A stretch of DNA of 64,000 nt, from positions 1-64,000 of IMG/VR virus record IMGVR_UViG_3300047089_000152. One strand, given 5' to 3'. This stretch comes from a virus. Made by a program: the position numbers and the translations under genes. Shown here piece by piece: positions 18,864-28,754 of the stretch (position 1 is its first letter; each line of letters starts with the position of its first letter). Below the pieces are notes generated by a model. That model worked only from the letters and a program-made list of their open reading frames with translations. It ran no database searches and had not been told where the DNA came from.

Positions 18864-19145
18864 GTGGAAGCGGTCAAGATACCCAAAGGTGACCGGGTAC
18901 TGCTCGTGAACCCGGAGCATCCCCGTCGTTTCCGGTTCAAACGGTGGGCTGGGCAACTACCAGACGGTGGCGTGCTCACCGCTACGGGACTGGCGGCGGG
19001 GTGCTGCGGTCACTACTCGTTCTTCCGCTGGCGTATCCTGCTTCACCGTCACCGTTACGACAGGCCGGTGCCTGAAGACATGAAAGCTGCGCTGCGCGGT
19101 GAAGCTCCAGTACCAGAGTGGTTCCTGAAAGGAGAACAACCATGA
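18864..19145 (+). CDS. Hypothetical protein
   Basis: AGGAG RBS. Confidence 0.5.
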   Translation: MEAVKIPKGDRVLLVNPEHPRRFRFKRWAGQLPDGGVLTATGLAAGCCGHYSFFRWRILLHRHRYDRPVPEDMKAALRGEAPVPEWFLKGEQP

Positions 19146-19252
19146 CGAAGAGGTGCCCTAACTGCGGTGCTCAGAATGATCTGAGAAACCTGGTATGCAG
19201 GGCTTGCAGGGCCTCCCTGCCCCCCAGCAGTACGTGAGAAAGGAGAACAACC

Positions 19253-20011
19253 ATGACTACACCTGCTAGTACGGCGCCGTGGCGGCAGATTATCGCCCCG
19301 GACAGGCTGCATCCCGGCCCGGATAACCCGCGTGAGGATCCGGGGGATATCCCGGCGCTGACCGCTTCGATCAGGCGGCATGGCCTGAAGCATCCTGTAC
19401 TGGTCGTGCCCCGGGGGGGTGAAAGCCAGGAATTCGACATCGAGGACGGGTGGCGTCGCTGGCTGGCGATGAGGGACTGGATGACAGGTATCCCTTGCGT
19501 GGTCATGCCTCAGCTGCCCGGTGAGAGGCGGCCGGTGCGGGCGATCTTCACCGCGCTGGTGACAGACGCGTACCGCAAGGACCTGAACCAGATCGAGCGA
19601 GCCAAGGGGTTCCAGCGGCTGCAAAAAGAATTCGGGTTCACCGCGACGGAGATCGCCGGGCAGATCGGCATGTCCGTGTCGACGGTGACGAACGCGCTGA
19701 TGCTGCTGGAACTGGCCCCCGAGACACAGCAGGCGGTCGCGGAAAAGAAGATCAGCGCCACCGAGGTAGGCGGGCTGCTCCGCAGGTACCGCGCGAAGCA
19801 GCGAAGGAAGCTGGGTAAGCAGCCGATCGCCCCGAAGTGGGAACCGGACTGGTTCACCCCTCAGCATGCGCTCGCTAAGCAGGCGGGGGAGCTGTGTGAC
19901 CGGCGTGAGCATAACATGCGCCGCCGCATCGGTAAGGTGGCGTGCGGCCAGTGCTGGGAGTCCGTCATCCGCCGCGACCAGGATAAGGTCAACGAGGCAC
20001 CCAGTGCCTGA
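19253..20011 (+). CDS. ParB/Spo0J-family protein with HTH
   Basis: NPR...LTASIRRHGLKHPVLV...DGWRRW; RKDLNQIERA; HTH TATEIAGQIGMSVSTV. Confidence 0.85.
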   Translation: MTTPASTAPWRQIIAPDRLHPGPDNPREDPGDIPALTASIRRHGLKHPVLVVPRGGESQEFDIEDGWRRWLAMRDWMTGIPCVVMPQLPGERRPVRAIFTALVTDAYRKDLNQIERAKGFQRLQKEFGFTATEIAGQIGMSVSTVTNALMLLELAPETQQAVAEKKISATEVGGLLRRYRAKQRRKLGKQPIAPKWEPDWFTPQHALAKQAGELCDRREHNMRRRIGKVACGQCWESVIRRDQDKVNEAPSA

Positions 20012-20183
20012 CGTAGTGCCAGCTGGGACGAAACTCCCTGCTGATGCGTATGCGCGGCTGCGGTGGCTCGCTTACAAGCGGAATACCACTGTCAGCGCGA
20101 TCATCGCGTCGTATGTGGCGCGGTGTCTCGCGGAGGAAGACCTGCGCGGGTTCGTACCCTCGGACGATCCGAAGGATTCCTGA
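20004..20183 (+). CDS. Ribbon-helix-helix DNA-binding protein
   Basis: LPADAYARLRWLA...TTVSAII pattern. Confidence 0.6.
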   Translation: MPDVVPAGTKLPADAYARLRWLAYKRNTTVSAIIASYVARCLAEEDLRGFVPSDDPKDS

Positions 20184-20434
20184 TGCCTACATGGCCGTGC
20201 CCTCAGTGCGGTGCGAAGAAAGGCGACCCGCATAAGCCTACGTGCAGCAGAGCGCGGGCCGGTCGCAGGAAACCTACATCGAAACGGGTGCAGCCCAGCG
20301 GCCTCCCCAGGGGTAAAGGCAGGTTCTCCACGTGCGTGAACCACAAACCTGTCGTGTACAAGACGCGGGGTGACACCGAGTACCTGCAATGCAGCACGTG
20401 CAGCAGACACCTCGGCAGCCGGAAGAAGAAGTAA
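20183..20434 (+). CDS. Basic zinc-finger protein
   Basis: CPQCGAKKGDPH..C; CSTC. Confidence 0.55.
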   Translation: MPTWPCPQCGAKKGDPHKPTCSRARAGRRKPTSKRVQPSGLPRGKGRFSTCVNHKPVVYKTRGDTEYLQCSTCSRHLGSRKKK

Positions 20435-20447
20435 GAGGAGGTCAGCC

Positions 20448-20738
20448 GTGGCGGATGAGCGTGACCGTTTCATGGTCGCGATGCACCAGATGCGGGACTC
20501 GTTCCAGGTCTTGAAGGAACACGCCGAGTGGGGTTACTACGAACAGGAGAACGGTGACTTCTACGACGGATACGCCGAAGCGAAGCGTATCTTCGGGGAC
20601 GTGCTGCTCCAGCGTGACACCCAGCCTGAGAAGGATGAGAAGTACTGGGAAGAGGTGGAACGTGCTGTCGGTAAAGGCACGCGGAGCATCCTGTGGGGCA
20701 CATCCACCCGTTCGCTGCGCAGGGCGCTCGCCCGGTGA
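20448..20738 (+). CDS. Hypothetical protein
   Basis: AGGAGG RBS. Confidence 0.6.
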   Translation: MADERDRFMVAMHQMRDSFQVLKEHAEWGYYEQENGDFYDGYAEAKRIFGDVLLQRDTQPEKDEKYWEEVERAVGKGTRSILWGTSTRSLRRALAR

Positions 20739-20739
20739 G

Positions 20740-21027
20740 ATGGTCATCTTCATGGCTTTCGCGTATGGGTGGAAGGGCAGGGACGACGAGGAACCCGGCG
20801 TGGACATTCCAGCACTTGCGATGCGCGCTTTCTTCGACGACCCGGGCGTGACCGAAGATGAGAAAGACAAACTCGCCTTCCGGTGGGCGTTGGACGCGGA
20901 GGAGTGGCTGAACAGGAACGTCGCACCCGAGGGGTACCTCTTTGGGTGGCACGATTTCGTGTTCTACCTGAATCCCACCCAGTGGTGGGAGCCGATCGGC
21001 GGACCCGACCAGCTGTGGCTCCCATGA
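20740..21027 (+). CDS. Hypothetical protein
   Basis: ORF in gene chain. Confidence 0.55.
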   Translation: MVIFMAFAYGWKGRDDEEPGVDIPALAMRAFFDDPGVTEDEKDKLAFRWALDAEEWLNRNVAPEGYLFGWHDFVFYLNPTQWWEPIGGPDQLWLP

Positions 21028-21302
21028 CCGTGTTCGGTGAAGACGGGATGGTCGTCTGGACGGAGGAGGACAAGCAGGAAGCTGACTGCGTACGCAGGAT
21101 GCGCGGTGTCAACACGGACATGCATGCCGTCGCGGACTATCACCGGAACCTGTCGGCTATCCGCAGCGTGCTGATCGGTGAGCTGGTACACCGGTTCGGC
21201 TGGTCGCAGCATGACGTCGCAGCCGAGCTGGGAATATCGCAGGCACGCGTCCACAAGATACTGAAGGAGCTTGATGAACGGAAACAAGAGGAAGTGGGCT
21301 GA
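21024..21302 (+). CDS. Helix-turn-helix protein
   Basis: WSQHDVAAELGISQARVHKIL. Confidence 0.7.
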   Translation: MTVFGEDGMVVWTEEDKQEADCVRRMRGVNTDMHAVADYHRNLSAIRSVLIGELVHRFGWSQHDVAAELGISQARVHKILKELDERKQEEVG

Positions 21303-21423
21303 GCGCCGGAAGCTTTTTGAGAAGCTGGCGAAGTCGCAGGCGCGTGCCAGGAGACTCGCCGAGAAGCAGGCCGCGGCGGACCGGAAACAAGTAGAAGGCA
21401 AGAAAAAGAACAGGTAGGGGTCG

Positions 21424-21750
21424 ATGGACCGTGAGGAACTGAGGCGCATCCTGGACCAGGTGACCGGTGAGATCCTGGACGAGATGCGACTTGATGGTTT
21501 CTACTACCAGGGAAGGAAGAGGTATGACCCGCAGGTGTGGGACATCAACAACGGGTACTGCGACAGCTGGGCTTTGCGCGCCGCGGAGCTGATACCTGGC
21601 GCGTTCACGGCGTGGATAGACCCGGACGTGGATCATTGTGTCCTGGTGTATGACGGGAAGTTCTACGACGCGGACTGCCCCGACGGCGTGGACAAGTGGT
21701 CTGAGCTGCCCATGTTCGCTGACCCGCAACAAGACAGACCGGATCAGTGA
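21424..21750 (+). CDS. Hypothetical protein
   Basis: INNGYC...HCVLVYDGKFYDADCPDGV. Confidence 0.65.
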   Translation: MDREELRRILDQVTGEILDEMRLDGFYYQGRKRYDPQVWDINNGYCDSWALRAAELIPGAFTAWIDPDVDHCVLVYDGKFYDADCPDGVDKWSELPMFADPQQDRPDQ

Positions 21751-21772
21751 AGAAGGGAACAAGAGACTTGAT

Positions 21773-21834
21773 CGCTGGCCGTGGCACCCCACCGGATATG
21801 GGGGTGCTGCGGGGAACGATCAACCGACGTTCCA
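21773..21834 (+). repeat. Intergenic structured repeat family C, copy 2
   Basis: cgctggccgtg-[hairpin]-tgcggggaacg...cgttcca. Confidence 0.75.
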
Positions 21835-21870
21835 CTGTAGTACACTATGCGCACAGAGAGAGGAAAAGCC

Positions 21871-22407
21871 ATGTTCAATGGTAGTAGCGCCTACGACGAC
21901 TCAGGCAGTGTCAGCCTCGGTAACAGCCACGCCAACAGCACCGGCCCCATGGGGTCCGGTCCGCGGTTGTTCAACCCGTATCCCATCGAGAAGTACGCCA
22001 CGGCATGAACGGGCAGGGCGGGTCCGGTGCGTCGACACGCGGCGGTTCCACAGAGCCGTTCTACATCAGGCTCCTCCGCCCCATCCAGCCCGGCGCGATC
22101 TGAGCACCTAGAAGGAGTCCCATGATGTTCGACTTCGCCCTCAACCCCAACGGGGAGTCAGGGACCAGCCGTGGCGAAGATCCCCGTCTCCTAGGATCCC
22201 GTCCCGCCACGCTCGGCGCGCGCGTCCTGTACGCCGGTGGTGAGGAACCCTTCAACCTGTAGGAGGCCCAACGTGGACAGCGGATTCAACGGGAACAGCT
22301 TCAGCGATTGCTCCCTCTGGGCACAGGACGCTCCCATCCGGCCGGTCGCACCCTACAAGCTGGGCATCAGCCAGGAAGCCATGCTGTACGGCCAGGGGAT
22401 GGTGTGA
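21871..22407 (+). other. Four tandem small ORFs (45, 32, 46 and 44 aa) at 21871-22008, 22005-22103, 22122-22262 and 22273-22407
   Basis: Each has an RBS or ATGA overlap; below the ORF-track cutoff. Confidence 0.5.
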
Positions 22408-22544
22408 CCTGGTAGCCTCACCCGTCCTGCCCCACCTGAGACTCAGTCGGGGCGCCGGGTGTCGATGACCGGTTAACAACAGTGCCCTGCTCAAGGTCAT
22501 GGATAAGGCCGGAAGGGTGATTAGCCCCGACTGAATGCCAGCGC

Positions 22545-22611
22545 TGGCCGCTGGCCGTGACCCCCGCCCGGATTGCGCGGGCGGGGGTCGCGGGGAACGG
22601 CCAACGTTCCA
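22545..22611 (+). repeat. Intergenic structured repeat family C, copy 3
   Basis: ggccgctggccgtg-[hairpin]-cgcggggaacggccaacgttcca. Confidence 0.8.
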
Positions 22612-22635
22612 ACGGGAAGAAAGGGATCAAAAAAC

Positions 22636-23019
22636 ATGAGCAGACGAACCAAGTTCTCAGCCGCGGCGATAATGGCTGGGCTGACCCTAGCAGGGTGCGG
22701 GACCGCGTCGTCCTCAGGTCCGGGAGCGGTCAGCTCCCAGCATTCGGTACTGAGGTCAGCAGAGGCAGACCCGAGCGTTAAGGCGGCCATCGACAAGGCC
22801 AAACGGGACGTAATCAACCCTTGCATCGACGGCAGCACCGGCGTCAGCTCGTTCATCGCCTGCGCCAAGGGCAAGGTGCCCAAGTCGCAGCGCGAGACGG
22901 TCGGCAAGTGCCTGGTCAAGGGCGCGCTGGCCGCCAAGAAGGGCCACACGACCTACGAGGTCGAGCAGGCGCTGATCAGCACGATCGGCCCGGCCTGCAT
23001 CGCCCCGGCCCTGCCGTGA
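22636..23019 (+). CDS. Lipoprotein
   Basis: Lipobox LAG-C. Confidence 0.75.
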   Translation: MSRRTKFSAAAIMAGLTLAGCGTASSSGPGAVSSQHSVLRSAEADPSVKAAIDKAKRDVINPCIDGSTGVSSFIACAKGKVPKSQRETVGKCLVKGALAAKKGHTTYEVEQALISTIGPACIAPALP

Positions 23020-23948
23020 ACACCCAGGCTGCGCCCGTCAGCAGTTACAAGCCGATACCGAAGATCAAACCGTGGTCCCTGCTGGGACTGGAATCGCTGG
23101 CCTGGGGTGTGGTGATCGGCCACGTCATCAAGTGGGCCGTGGACTGCTGGTACTTCATCATCAGCCAGCTCACCTGGTCTTTCACGTACGCCAAGGGCCA
23201 CGACACCATCAACTACTGGAACCTCACCGACATCTGGGACCGCCTGCCCTACTGGGTAGGACACACCCTGAATAACGTCGGCATCCGCACGAGCTGGACC
23301 GCCTGGCTCATGCTGGCATCGACCCAGCAGGGCTTCACCGAGCCCCGTCACCTGGCCCGTGGCGTGATCATCGGCCTGATCGCAGGCGTGTTCGTGCAGA
23401 TGCTGTTCGCCAAGCCGCAGCAGTACGGCGCGGAGGACGTGAGCACCTGGCAATACGTCCTGGCCCTGCCCAAGTCGCTGCTCTACGCCATTCCCGGCGT
23501 CGGGGCGATCGGCATCCTGGCCTACTACATGCCCTACCTGCTGAACCACGGCTGGCAGGTGCCCGGCAACAACCTGCTCAGCAACGAGATCAACGGCTGG
23601 GTGGCCGCCGGGAACTGGATCGGCATCGCCATGGGACTGGCCGGGTCACTGGTCTTCGCCAAGTACGCCAGCCGCAAGCCAGCCCAGGAAGCCCAGTGGT
23701 TCTACGCAGAGCGCAGCGCCGCGAAGATCAGCAGCGAGTCCACGCTGGGCAAGCTGCGCGGCACGCGGGTGATCGGCACGCCGTCACATCGGGTCCGGGT
23801 GCACTGGCTTATCGACAATGCGATCACATGCGTCGAGCGTGGCTCCTGGTCCGTGCGGCTGCTGGTCGGCGCGGCGTTCGTCATCCTGATCTCGGCGGGC
23901 GGTGGGGCCTTCATCACGCTGGCCGGGCCAGGGGCAGGGGCGCACTGA
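23016..23948 (+). CDS. Multi-pass membrane protein
   Basis: About 5 hydrophobic segments; coupled to the lipoprotein gene. Confidence 0.75.
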   Translation: MNTQAAPVSSYKPIPKIKPWSLLGLESLAWGVVIGHVIKWAVDCWYFIISQLTWSFTYAKGHDTINYWNLTDIWDRLPYWVGHTLNNVGIRTSWTAWLMLASTQQGFTEPRHLARGVIIGLIAGVFVQMLFAKPQQYGAEDVSTWQYVLALPKSLLYAIPGVGAIGILAYYMPYLLNHGWQVPGNNLLSNEINGWVAAGNWIGIAMGLAGSLVFAKYASRKPAQEAQWFYAERSAAKISSESTLGKLRGTRVIGTPSHRVRVHWLIDNAITCVERGSWSVRLLVGAAFVILISAGGGAFITLAGPGAGAH

Positions 23949-23965
23949 AACAGAAGGGATAGTTA

Positions 23966-24027
23966 GCCGCTGGCTGTGACGCCCGACCCTGGTATGGGCG
24001 GGCGTCGCGGGGAACGGCTACGTTCCA
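23966..24027 (+). repeat. Intergenic structured repeat family C, copy 4
   Basis: gccgctggctgtg-[hairpin]-cgcggggaacggctacgttcca. Confidence 0.8.
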
Positions 24028-24045
24028 CGGAAAGAAGGACAGAAG

Positions 24046-24255
24046 ATGGACAAGGTCATCCTGACCCGGGTCTACGTCGAAGCCAGGCAAGAAGGTCAAG
24101 AAGAAACAACCTGGACGGTCCAAATCTGGGAGTCGGCGTACGTCACGGAACCCGGCGTGCCCCCGGACATTCTCCGGCCGCTCCGCGGCTACGGAACAAC
24201 ACAGGAGGAAGCAGTCGCCAGTCTCCTCCACGACAGGTACGTGGAAGGAGCGTGA
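24046..24255 (+). CDS. Hypothetical protein
   Basis: AAGGA RBS. Confidence 0.6.
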   Translation: MDKVILTRVYVEARQEGQEETTWTVQIWESAYVTEPGVPPDILRPLRGYGTTQEEAVASLLHDRYVEGA

Positions 24256-24488
24256 GCTGGACTGAAAGGGCACCAGTGCCTGGCCTGCTCCTCTGAGATA
24301 CAGGCCGGGCAGGAAGAGGAACCGGTCCGGAGCAGGTCCGGTAAACCACGGCACCGGCACGTGAACTACCAGGACTGCCAGGCTGCACTGTCAGGTCGCA
24401 GCGAGATGAGCGCCGCGCTGCACTTGGATCGTGTCAAGCAGCGTGACGGGCACGTCGCTAACATGCCAGGCGCGGATGACATGGAGGA

Positions 24489-24749
24489 ATGATGGAAGAC
24501 CCTGCCACGTGGGGTGACGCGGAGAAGATCGTCCGGCGGGTCCTGGATGATTTCTTCAGGTACCAGAAGCTAGCGGCCACGGACCCCTTGAAGTTGATGC
24601 TCGGGTGGTCGCTGGAAATGCGTATCACCAGCGCCCTGCGCACAGCAGGGCTACTGAAGGATGAGGTGCGCGGTGAGGAAACCCCGGTGGCTGAAGTCCA
24701 GGAGGCGGAGGTCCGCGGAGAAGCAGGCCAAGGTGAGGCGGGACGCTAA
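24489..24749 (+). CDS. Hypothetical protein
   Basis: GGAGG RBS. Confidence 0.5.
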   Translation: MMEDPATWGDAEKIVRRVLDDFFRYQKLAATDPLKLMLGWSLEMRITSALRTAGLLKDEVRGEETPVAEVQEAEVRGEAGQGEAGR

Positions 24750-24825
24750 GGACAGGTACCGGCGTGTCAAGTCGAACGGTAACCCGGCCGCCACCAAATA
24801 ATACCTCGGAAGGGTTCTGGCCGTC

Positions 24826-25170
24826 ATGGGGCTGTTCAACAGCAGTAACTCCTGGACTGCGCAGGCGAAGGCTAACTCCCCGCCCGGTAACAAGGGGCAG
24901 TCCTGGTCTCAGGTTCAGGCTAAGCAAGCCAAGGAACGCAAGAAGGAGATCGTTGAGGCAAACAAACGTAAAAAGCAGGCGCGGCGTGACCTGGCGAGAC
25001 GTAACAGGAACCCGCTGCGGCGCACCCCCGGGTGGACGCAGGTCGCGAAGGGTGCGGACAAGAAAACCCTCAAGAAAGCCCAGGAGAAACGCGACAAGAA
25101 GCAACTAGAAAAGGACATCAGGAAGGCTGAGCGTAAGGCGAAGCGTAGAGCGAAGGGGTTCTGGGGCTGA
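24826..25170 (+). CDS. Highly basic K/R-rich protein
   Basis: Amino-acid composition. Confidence 0.6.
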   Translation: MGLFNSSNSWTAQAKANSPPGNKGQSWSQVQAKQAKERKKEIVEANKRKKQARRDLARRNRNPLRRTPGWTQVAKGADKKTLKKAQEKRDKKQLEKDIRKAERKAKRRAKGFWG

Positions 25171-25353
25171 GAACCCCGTAAAAGGGGGGAATCCCCTAGA
25201 CAGGAAGGTGTAACTTCAGTGAGTGAAGACAAGACGGGGAAAGACAAGCCTAAGCCTACTGGTCACCGAAAGCCTAATAGCGAGAACAAGGGCCGCGGGA
25301 CCAGGACCGGGGCGGGGAACCACGCGAAGCCGCAGCCGAAAGCGAAGTAGGCT

Positions 25354-25848
25354 ATGCCTTTCTTCCCGCCCCGGAAGACGGGGCCCTCGAAAAGCGGTGA
25401 CCTGTTCCGCACCGCAACCGGGAAACAGAGCAAACCGCTGCCACGTAAAACAGCCCAGCATCCCGGGTACCGCAGCCAGAAAGAAGCTGACCGTGGCGGT
25501 ACCCGCCGCGAACTGGCCAGGTACCGGGCAGAAGAAGCCAGAGATGCCGCCCTAGCTAAACTGGAACGTAAGAGGGTAGCGAGACAGTCGGCTCTTGAAA
25601 AAGCTGAGGAGCTGAAAGAGAAAGCCCTCCAGCGCAGGCGCGAAGCAGAGGATGCGGCCAACCGGAAACGGGAAGCCGAGAAGACCGCGGCGAAGGAGGT
25701 CGAGCGGAAGATAACCGCGAAGAATCTCCGCCTGCAACAGAGAGAAGCGAAAAGGAAACGTACAGCGGATCGGAAGGCACGACGCGAAGAAGCGAGGCAG
25801 CGTCGGAGGAACGCGGCCGAATTTAAGGCCGCCAGGAAGAAGAAATAA
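25354..25848 (+). CDS. Basic E/R/K-rich helical protein
   Basis: Amino-acid composition. Confidence 0.6.
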   Translation: MPFFPPRKTGPSKSGDLFRTATGKQSKPLPRKTAQHPGYRSQKEADRGGTRRELARYRAEEARDAALAKLERKRVARQSALEKAEELKEKALQRRREAEDAANRKREAEKTAAKEVERKITAKNLRLQQREAKRKRTADRKARREEARQRRRNAAEFKAARKKK

Positions 25849-25862
25849 GGAGGGTCGATTAC

Positions 25863-26210
25863 GTGCCCTGGCTTTCTAGCAGCAAGTCCTGGACTAACCA
25901 GGCGCGGGAGCCGCGGTGTAACCCGTCAAGGTCGGAGATGACGTTGACGCAGGCCGCCGCTGAGATGCGCAGGATCAACAAGGCGAAGGCCAACGCCGAG
26001 TCTAAACTTGTCAAGGCTGAAGATGACGGCAACCGGGGGGCTGCTGCCGCTTGGCGGCGGGAGATCAAGAAAATCGAAAAAAGAGCAGGTAGGCTGCGTG
26101 GGAGGTTAGGGTGGTGTCATGGAATATCTCTACGAGATGGCCGGGAAGAACCTGAAGTACAAGTACCGTGCCCGCAAGCCCGTGAGCGGTTACGGTTCCT
26201 CGTCTGGTAA
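25863..26210 (+). CDS. Basic hypothetical protein
   Basis: AGGAGG RBS; N-terminus resembles the 24826 protein. Confidence 0.5.
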   Translation: MPWLSSSKSWTNQAREPRCNPSRSEMTLTQAAAEMRRINKAKANAESKLVKAEDDGNRGAAAAWRREIKKIEKRAGRLRGRLGWCHGISLRDGREEPEVQVPCPQARERLRFLVW

Positions 26211-26307
26211 CAGCGGCAAACCGGTCCGCGGTACCCCGCCCAAGGGGATGCCACGCCAGTACCGGGGTAAGACACGGTTCACGTAAGCAACGCTGTGCTG
26301 ATGCTGT

Positions 26308-26547
26308 TCACCTACCGGGTTCGCGCCGCTGGGTGAACGGCACGAGGACAGCATGCACCGACATTACAGTGGCCGAGTCATACAGCAGTGCGGGCCTGCC
26401 CGGCCGACCAGAACGGCGGTACCCGCACGGCTCCAGGCCGACCGCGCGGACCATGTGGTGCACCTGCTCGACCGTGACAGGCGGGTCCAGCAGGTCCGCC
26501 AGCTCACCCAACGTCAAACCAGCACCCATCCTACGGAGGATACCCAA
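26308..26547 (-). CDS. Small putative DNA-binding protein
   Basis: LTLGELADLL...GRPALLYD. Confidence 0.5.
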   Translation of the reverse strand: MGILRRMGAGLTLGELADLLDPPVTVEQVHHMVRAVGLEPCGYRRSGRPGRPALLYDSATVMSVHAVLVPFTQRREPGR

Positions 26548-26917
26548 TGAAACTTAAGCTGATGATGTGGGCCGACGAGGTCGGCCACCGCATCCACCTA
26601 CCCCGGTGGGTTATCTGCGACCGGTTCGAGCGCTATATCAACCCGACCTCGAAGGATACCCCCACCCATGGACATTGAGACTGCGATCGTAGCGGCGCTC
26701 CAGCTGGCCGAAGGTGAAGGGTTCGAGGTTCCCGACCCGTTCCCCCGACCGGACGGGAAACTGGGACTCACCTACAAAGGCAAAGAATACGTGGTGATGA
26801 TCGAGGAGGTGCGTGCACGTGCCTCATAGAGGTAAATGTGAAGGTTGCGGGAAGTGGTCTTCGGTACTCAGACCGAAATTCGGCAAGTGGCTGTGCGTCA
26901 CCTGCCGCACAGGGAAG

Positions 26918-27568
26918 TTACTGGACCAGTCCGCAGCGCCAGACGAGTACGGCACGACCGTCGATCTTGCTGAGATCCATTCTTGCCTGCGGTGGGCGGC
27001 GGCCGTCGAGGTCCTCGCATGAGGGTCTGACGCATACCACGACCCCTGTCGACAGCGCAACCCGGAGAGAATACGTAGAGCAAAACGGGCACGTCGGCGG
27101 AAGCCCCCCAGGACCTGGGCGTATCCTTTCCCACTTCGGAACTTCGTCAATTGCAGGTAGCTGCCCGATACTTGTAGCTGCCCTGTCGATGAGCCGAGCG
27201 GCGAGCTGCCGTGCGTGCGGGCTGACTGCTTCAGCCAATCTTTCTATTGAATTGAGCGCTGCCAGGGTTGAGGAATTGCTTCCGCCTCGCATACGCCCGG
27301 GATGCCCTGCTACCACGATCCGCAGGCTCGCTTCGAGCCGCCGTATCATCTGGTGCGCGTCCATGAGCGCGTTGATGCAAGCGGTGTTCCCGGGTGTTTT
27401 CGATTCGGGTACAGACCGGCTGCCTACACTCGGCTCTGCGTCTTTGTCTACGATGAGAACACCCAAGGTAGGAAGTCCCCCGTCGGCCTGGTCGGAGTTC
27501 ACGTCGATGTCGTCGAACACTCGCAACTGATCTTTCAGTTCTGCACAGGCGGCGGTCAGATCTCTCAC
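26918..27568 (-). CDS. Actinophage-type protein with C-terminal Zn finger
   Basis: ESKTPGN; CPFCSTYSL...VCVRPSC. Confidence 0.7.
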   Translation of the reverse strand: MRDLTAACAELKDQLRVFDDIDVNSDQADGGLPTLGVLIVDKDAEPSVGSRSVPESKTPGNTACINALMDAHQMIRRLEASLRIVVAGHPGRMRGGSNSSTLAALNSIERLAEAVSPHARQLAARLIDRAATSIGQLPAIDEVPKWERIRPGPGGLPPTCPFCSTYSLRVALSTGVVVCVRPSCEDLDGRRPPQARMDLSKIDGRAVLVWRCGLVQ

Positions 27569-27707
27569 GCAGGGCCCTCACGGTCGGATGCTGGTGTGAA
27601 GCACCGGCTCCATCCGCGCCTCCCACCGGGGTCCGGGGCGGTGGCGGCTATGGCCGCGGCGACATGGACCCGGAGTCTAGCACGACCACATCAGAGAGGA
27701 TCACATC

Positions 27708-27911
27708 ATGTATTACGTAGCAACCGTTACCATCTACCGTCGCTCAGGCACAGAACCAGCAGGAGTGACCACGGTAGAGGTCACCACCGAGGTCGAGGCG
27801 TCGAACTGGGGTGAGGCGGCTAACAAGGCTACCGAGAACGTGCTAGACGACCACATTCATGGCGGCCTGGTCGGCAGCCGAATATTCTCAGTCGAGCTGC
27901 GTGCAGTATGA
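27708..27911 (+). CDS. Hypothetical protein
   Basis: GAGGA RBS. Confidence 0.55.
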   Translation: MYYVATVTIYRRSGTEPAGVTTVEVTTEVEASNWGEAANKATENVLDDHIHGGLVGSRIFSVELRAV

Positions 27912-28117
27912 GCAGGCCAGTGACTGACGCCGAGTCCGAGCAGGAGCAGCGCACCGCTGCGCGAGCAGGACCGGCTGAGAACGTGGTAAGCACCGCGTGC
28001 CCTGAGTGCGATGTCCGGTTCGCCATGCTGGCGCAGCGGTGCGCTACTGGCTGGCACCTGCGCTGCACCGAGTGCGGGTGGGCCGGTACCGGAGAGCTGA
28101 AGTCGGAAGCATCATGA
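27908..28117 (+). CDS. Small Zn-ribbon protein
   Basis: CPEC...CTEC. Confidence 0.55.
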   Translation: MSRPVTDAESEQEQRTAARAGPAENVVSTACPECDVRFAMLAQRCATGWHLRCTECGWAGTGELKSEAS

Positions 28118-28515
28118 AAGCAGCGCACATCCCTAAGATTGAGCGCAGGCTGGCGGTGGCCGTGGAGACGCTGCTGCCCGAGTCGACCAGCCGGGGCGAC
28201 GTGGAGTCGCCTGGTGACCGGCTCCGCCGGCTGCTCGTCCGGTTGGATTCCGCTGAGTTCGACGGTAAGGGCCGTCCCGAGGTGGGCTGGCGTGCTGCTG
28301 TGAACGACATCGTGGAGCTGCTGGACGTCGACGTGCCCGACCTAATCGACGCGGTACGCGAGGCGCAGGGTGCGCTACACAAATACTGCCGCCACTGCGG
28401 GGAGAGGCGGATCGGTCTGCTCATGGCCACCCCCGAGGACCACCACGTGTGGGAATGCCGGGACGTGGACGGCTGCGACACCAGGAAAGAGAGGAAAGGA
28501 CGAGATGAAGCCTGA
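28114..28515 (+). CDS. Hypothetical protein
   Basis: ATGA overlap. Confidence 0.55.
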   Translation: MKAAHIPKIERRLAVAVETLLPESTSRGDVESPGDRLRRLLVRLDSAEFDGKGRPEVGWRAAVNDIVELLDVDVPDLIDAVREAQGALHKYCRHCGERRIGLLMATPEDHHVWECRDVDGCDTRKERKGRDEA

Positions 28516-28754
28516 CACCTACCACCAGCCGGTCACCGGGATGTGGCTGTTCCAGGTCACGCGGTCCACCGTGGACGAGGTGGTGTCGTGACTCTTCAAG
28601 AAGAAGTGACCAAGTTCGTTAGGAGCGCGCTGGAAGAGGTGACCGAGGGGACCGAGACAGAGGTCACGGTACCTGCACGGTCAATTGGTGACCTGGTAAT
28701 CACGACACCAGGCTGGCAGGCCGTCCTGAAGATCACCCAGATGAGGCGAACTGC

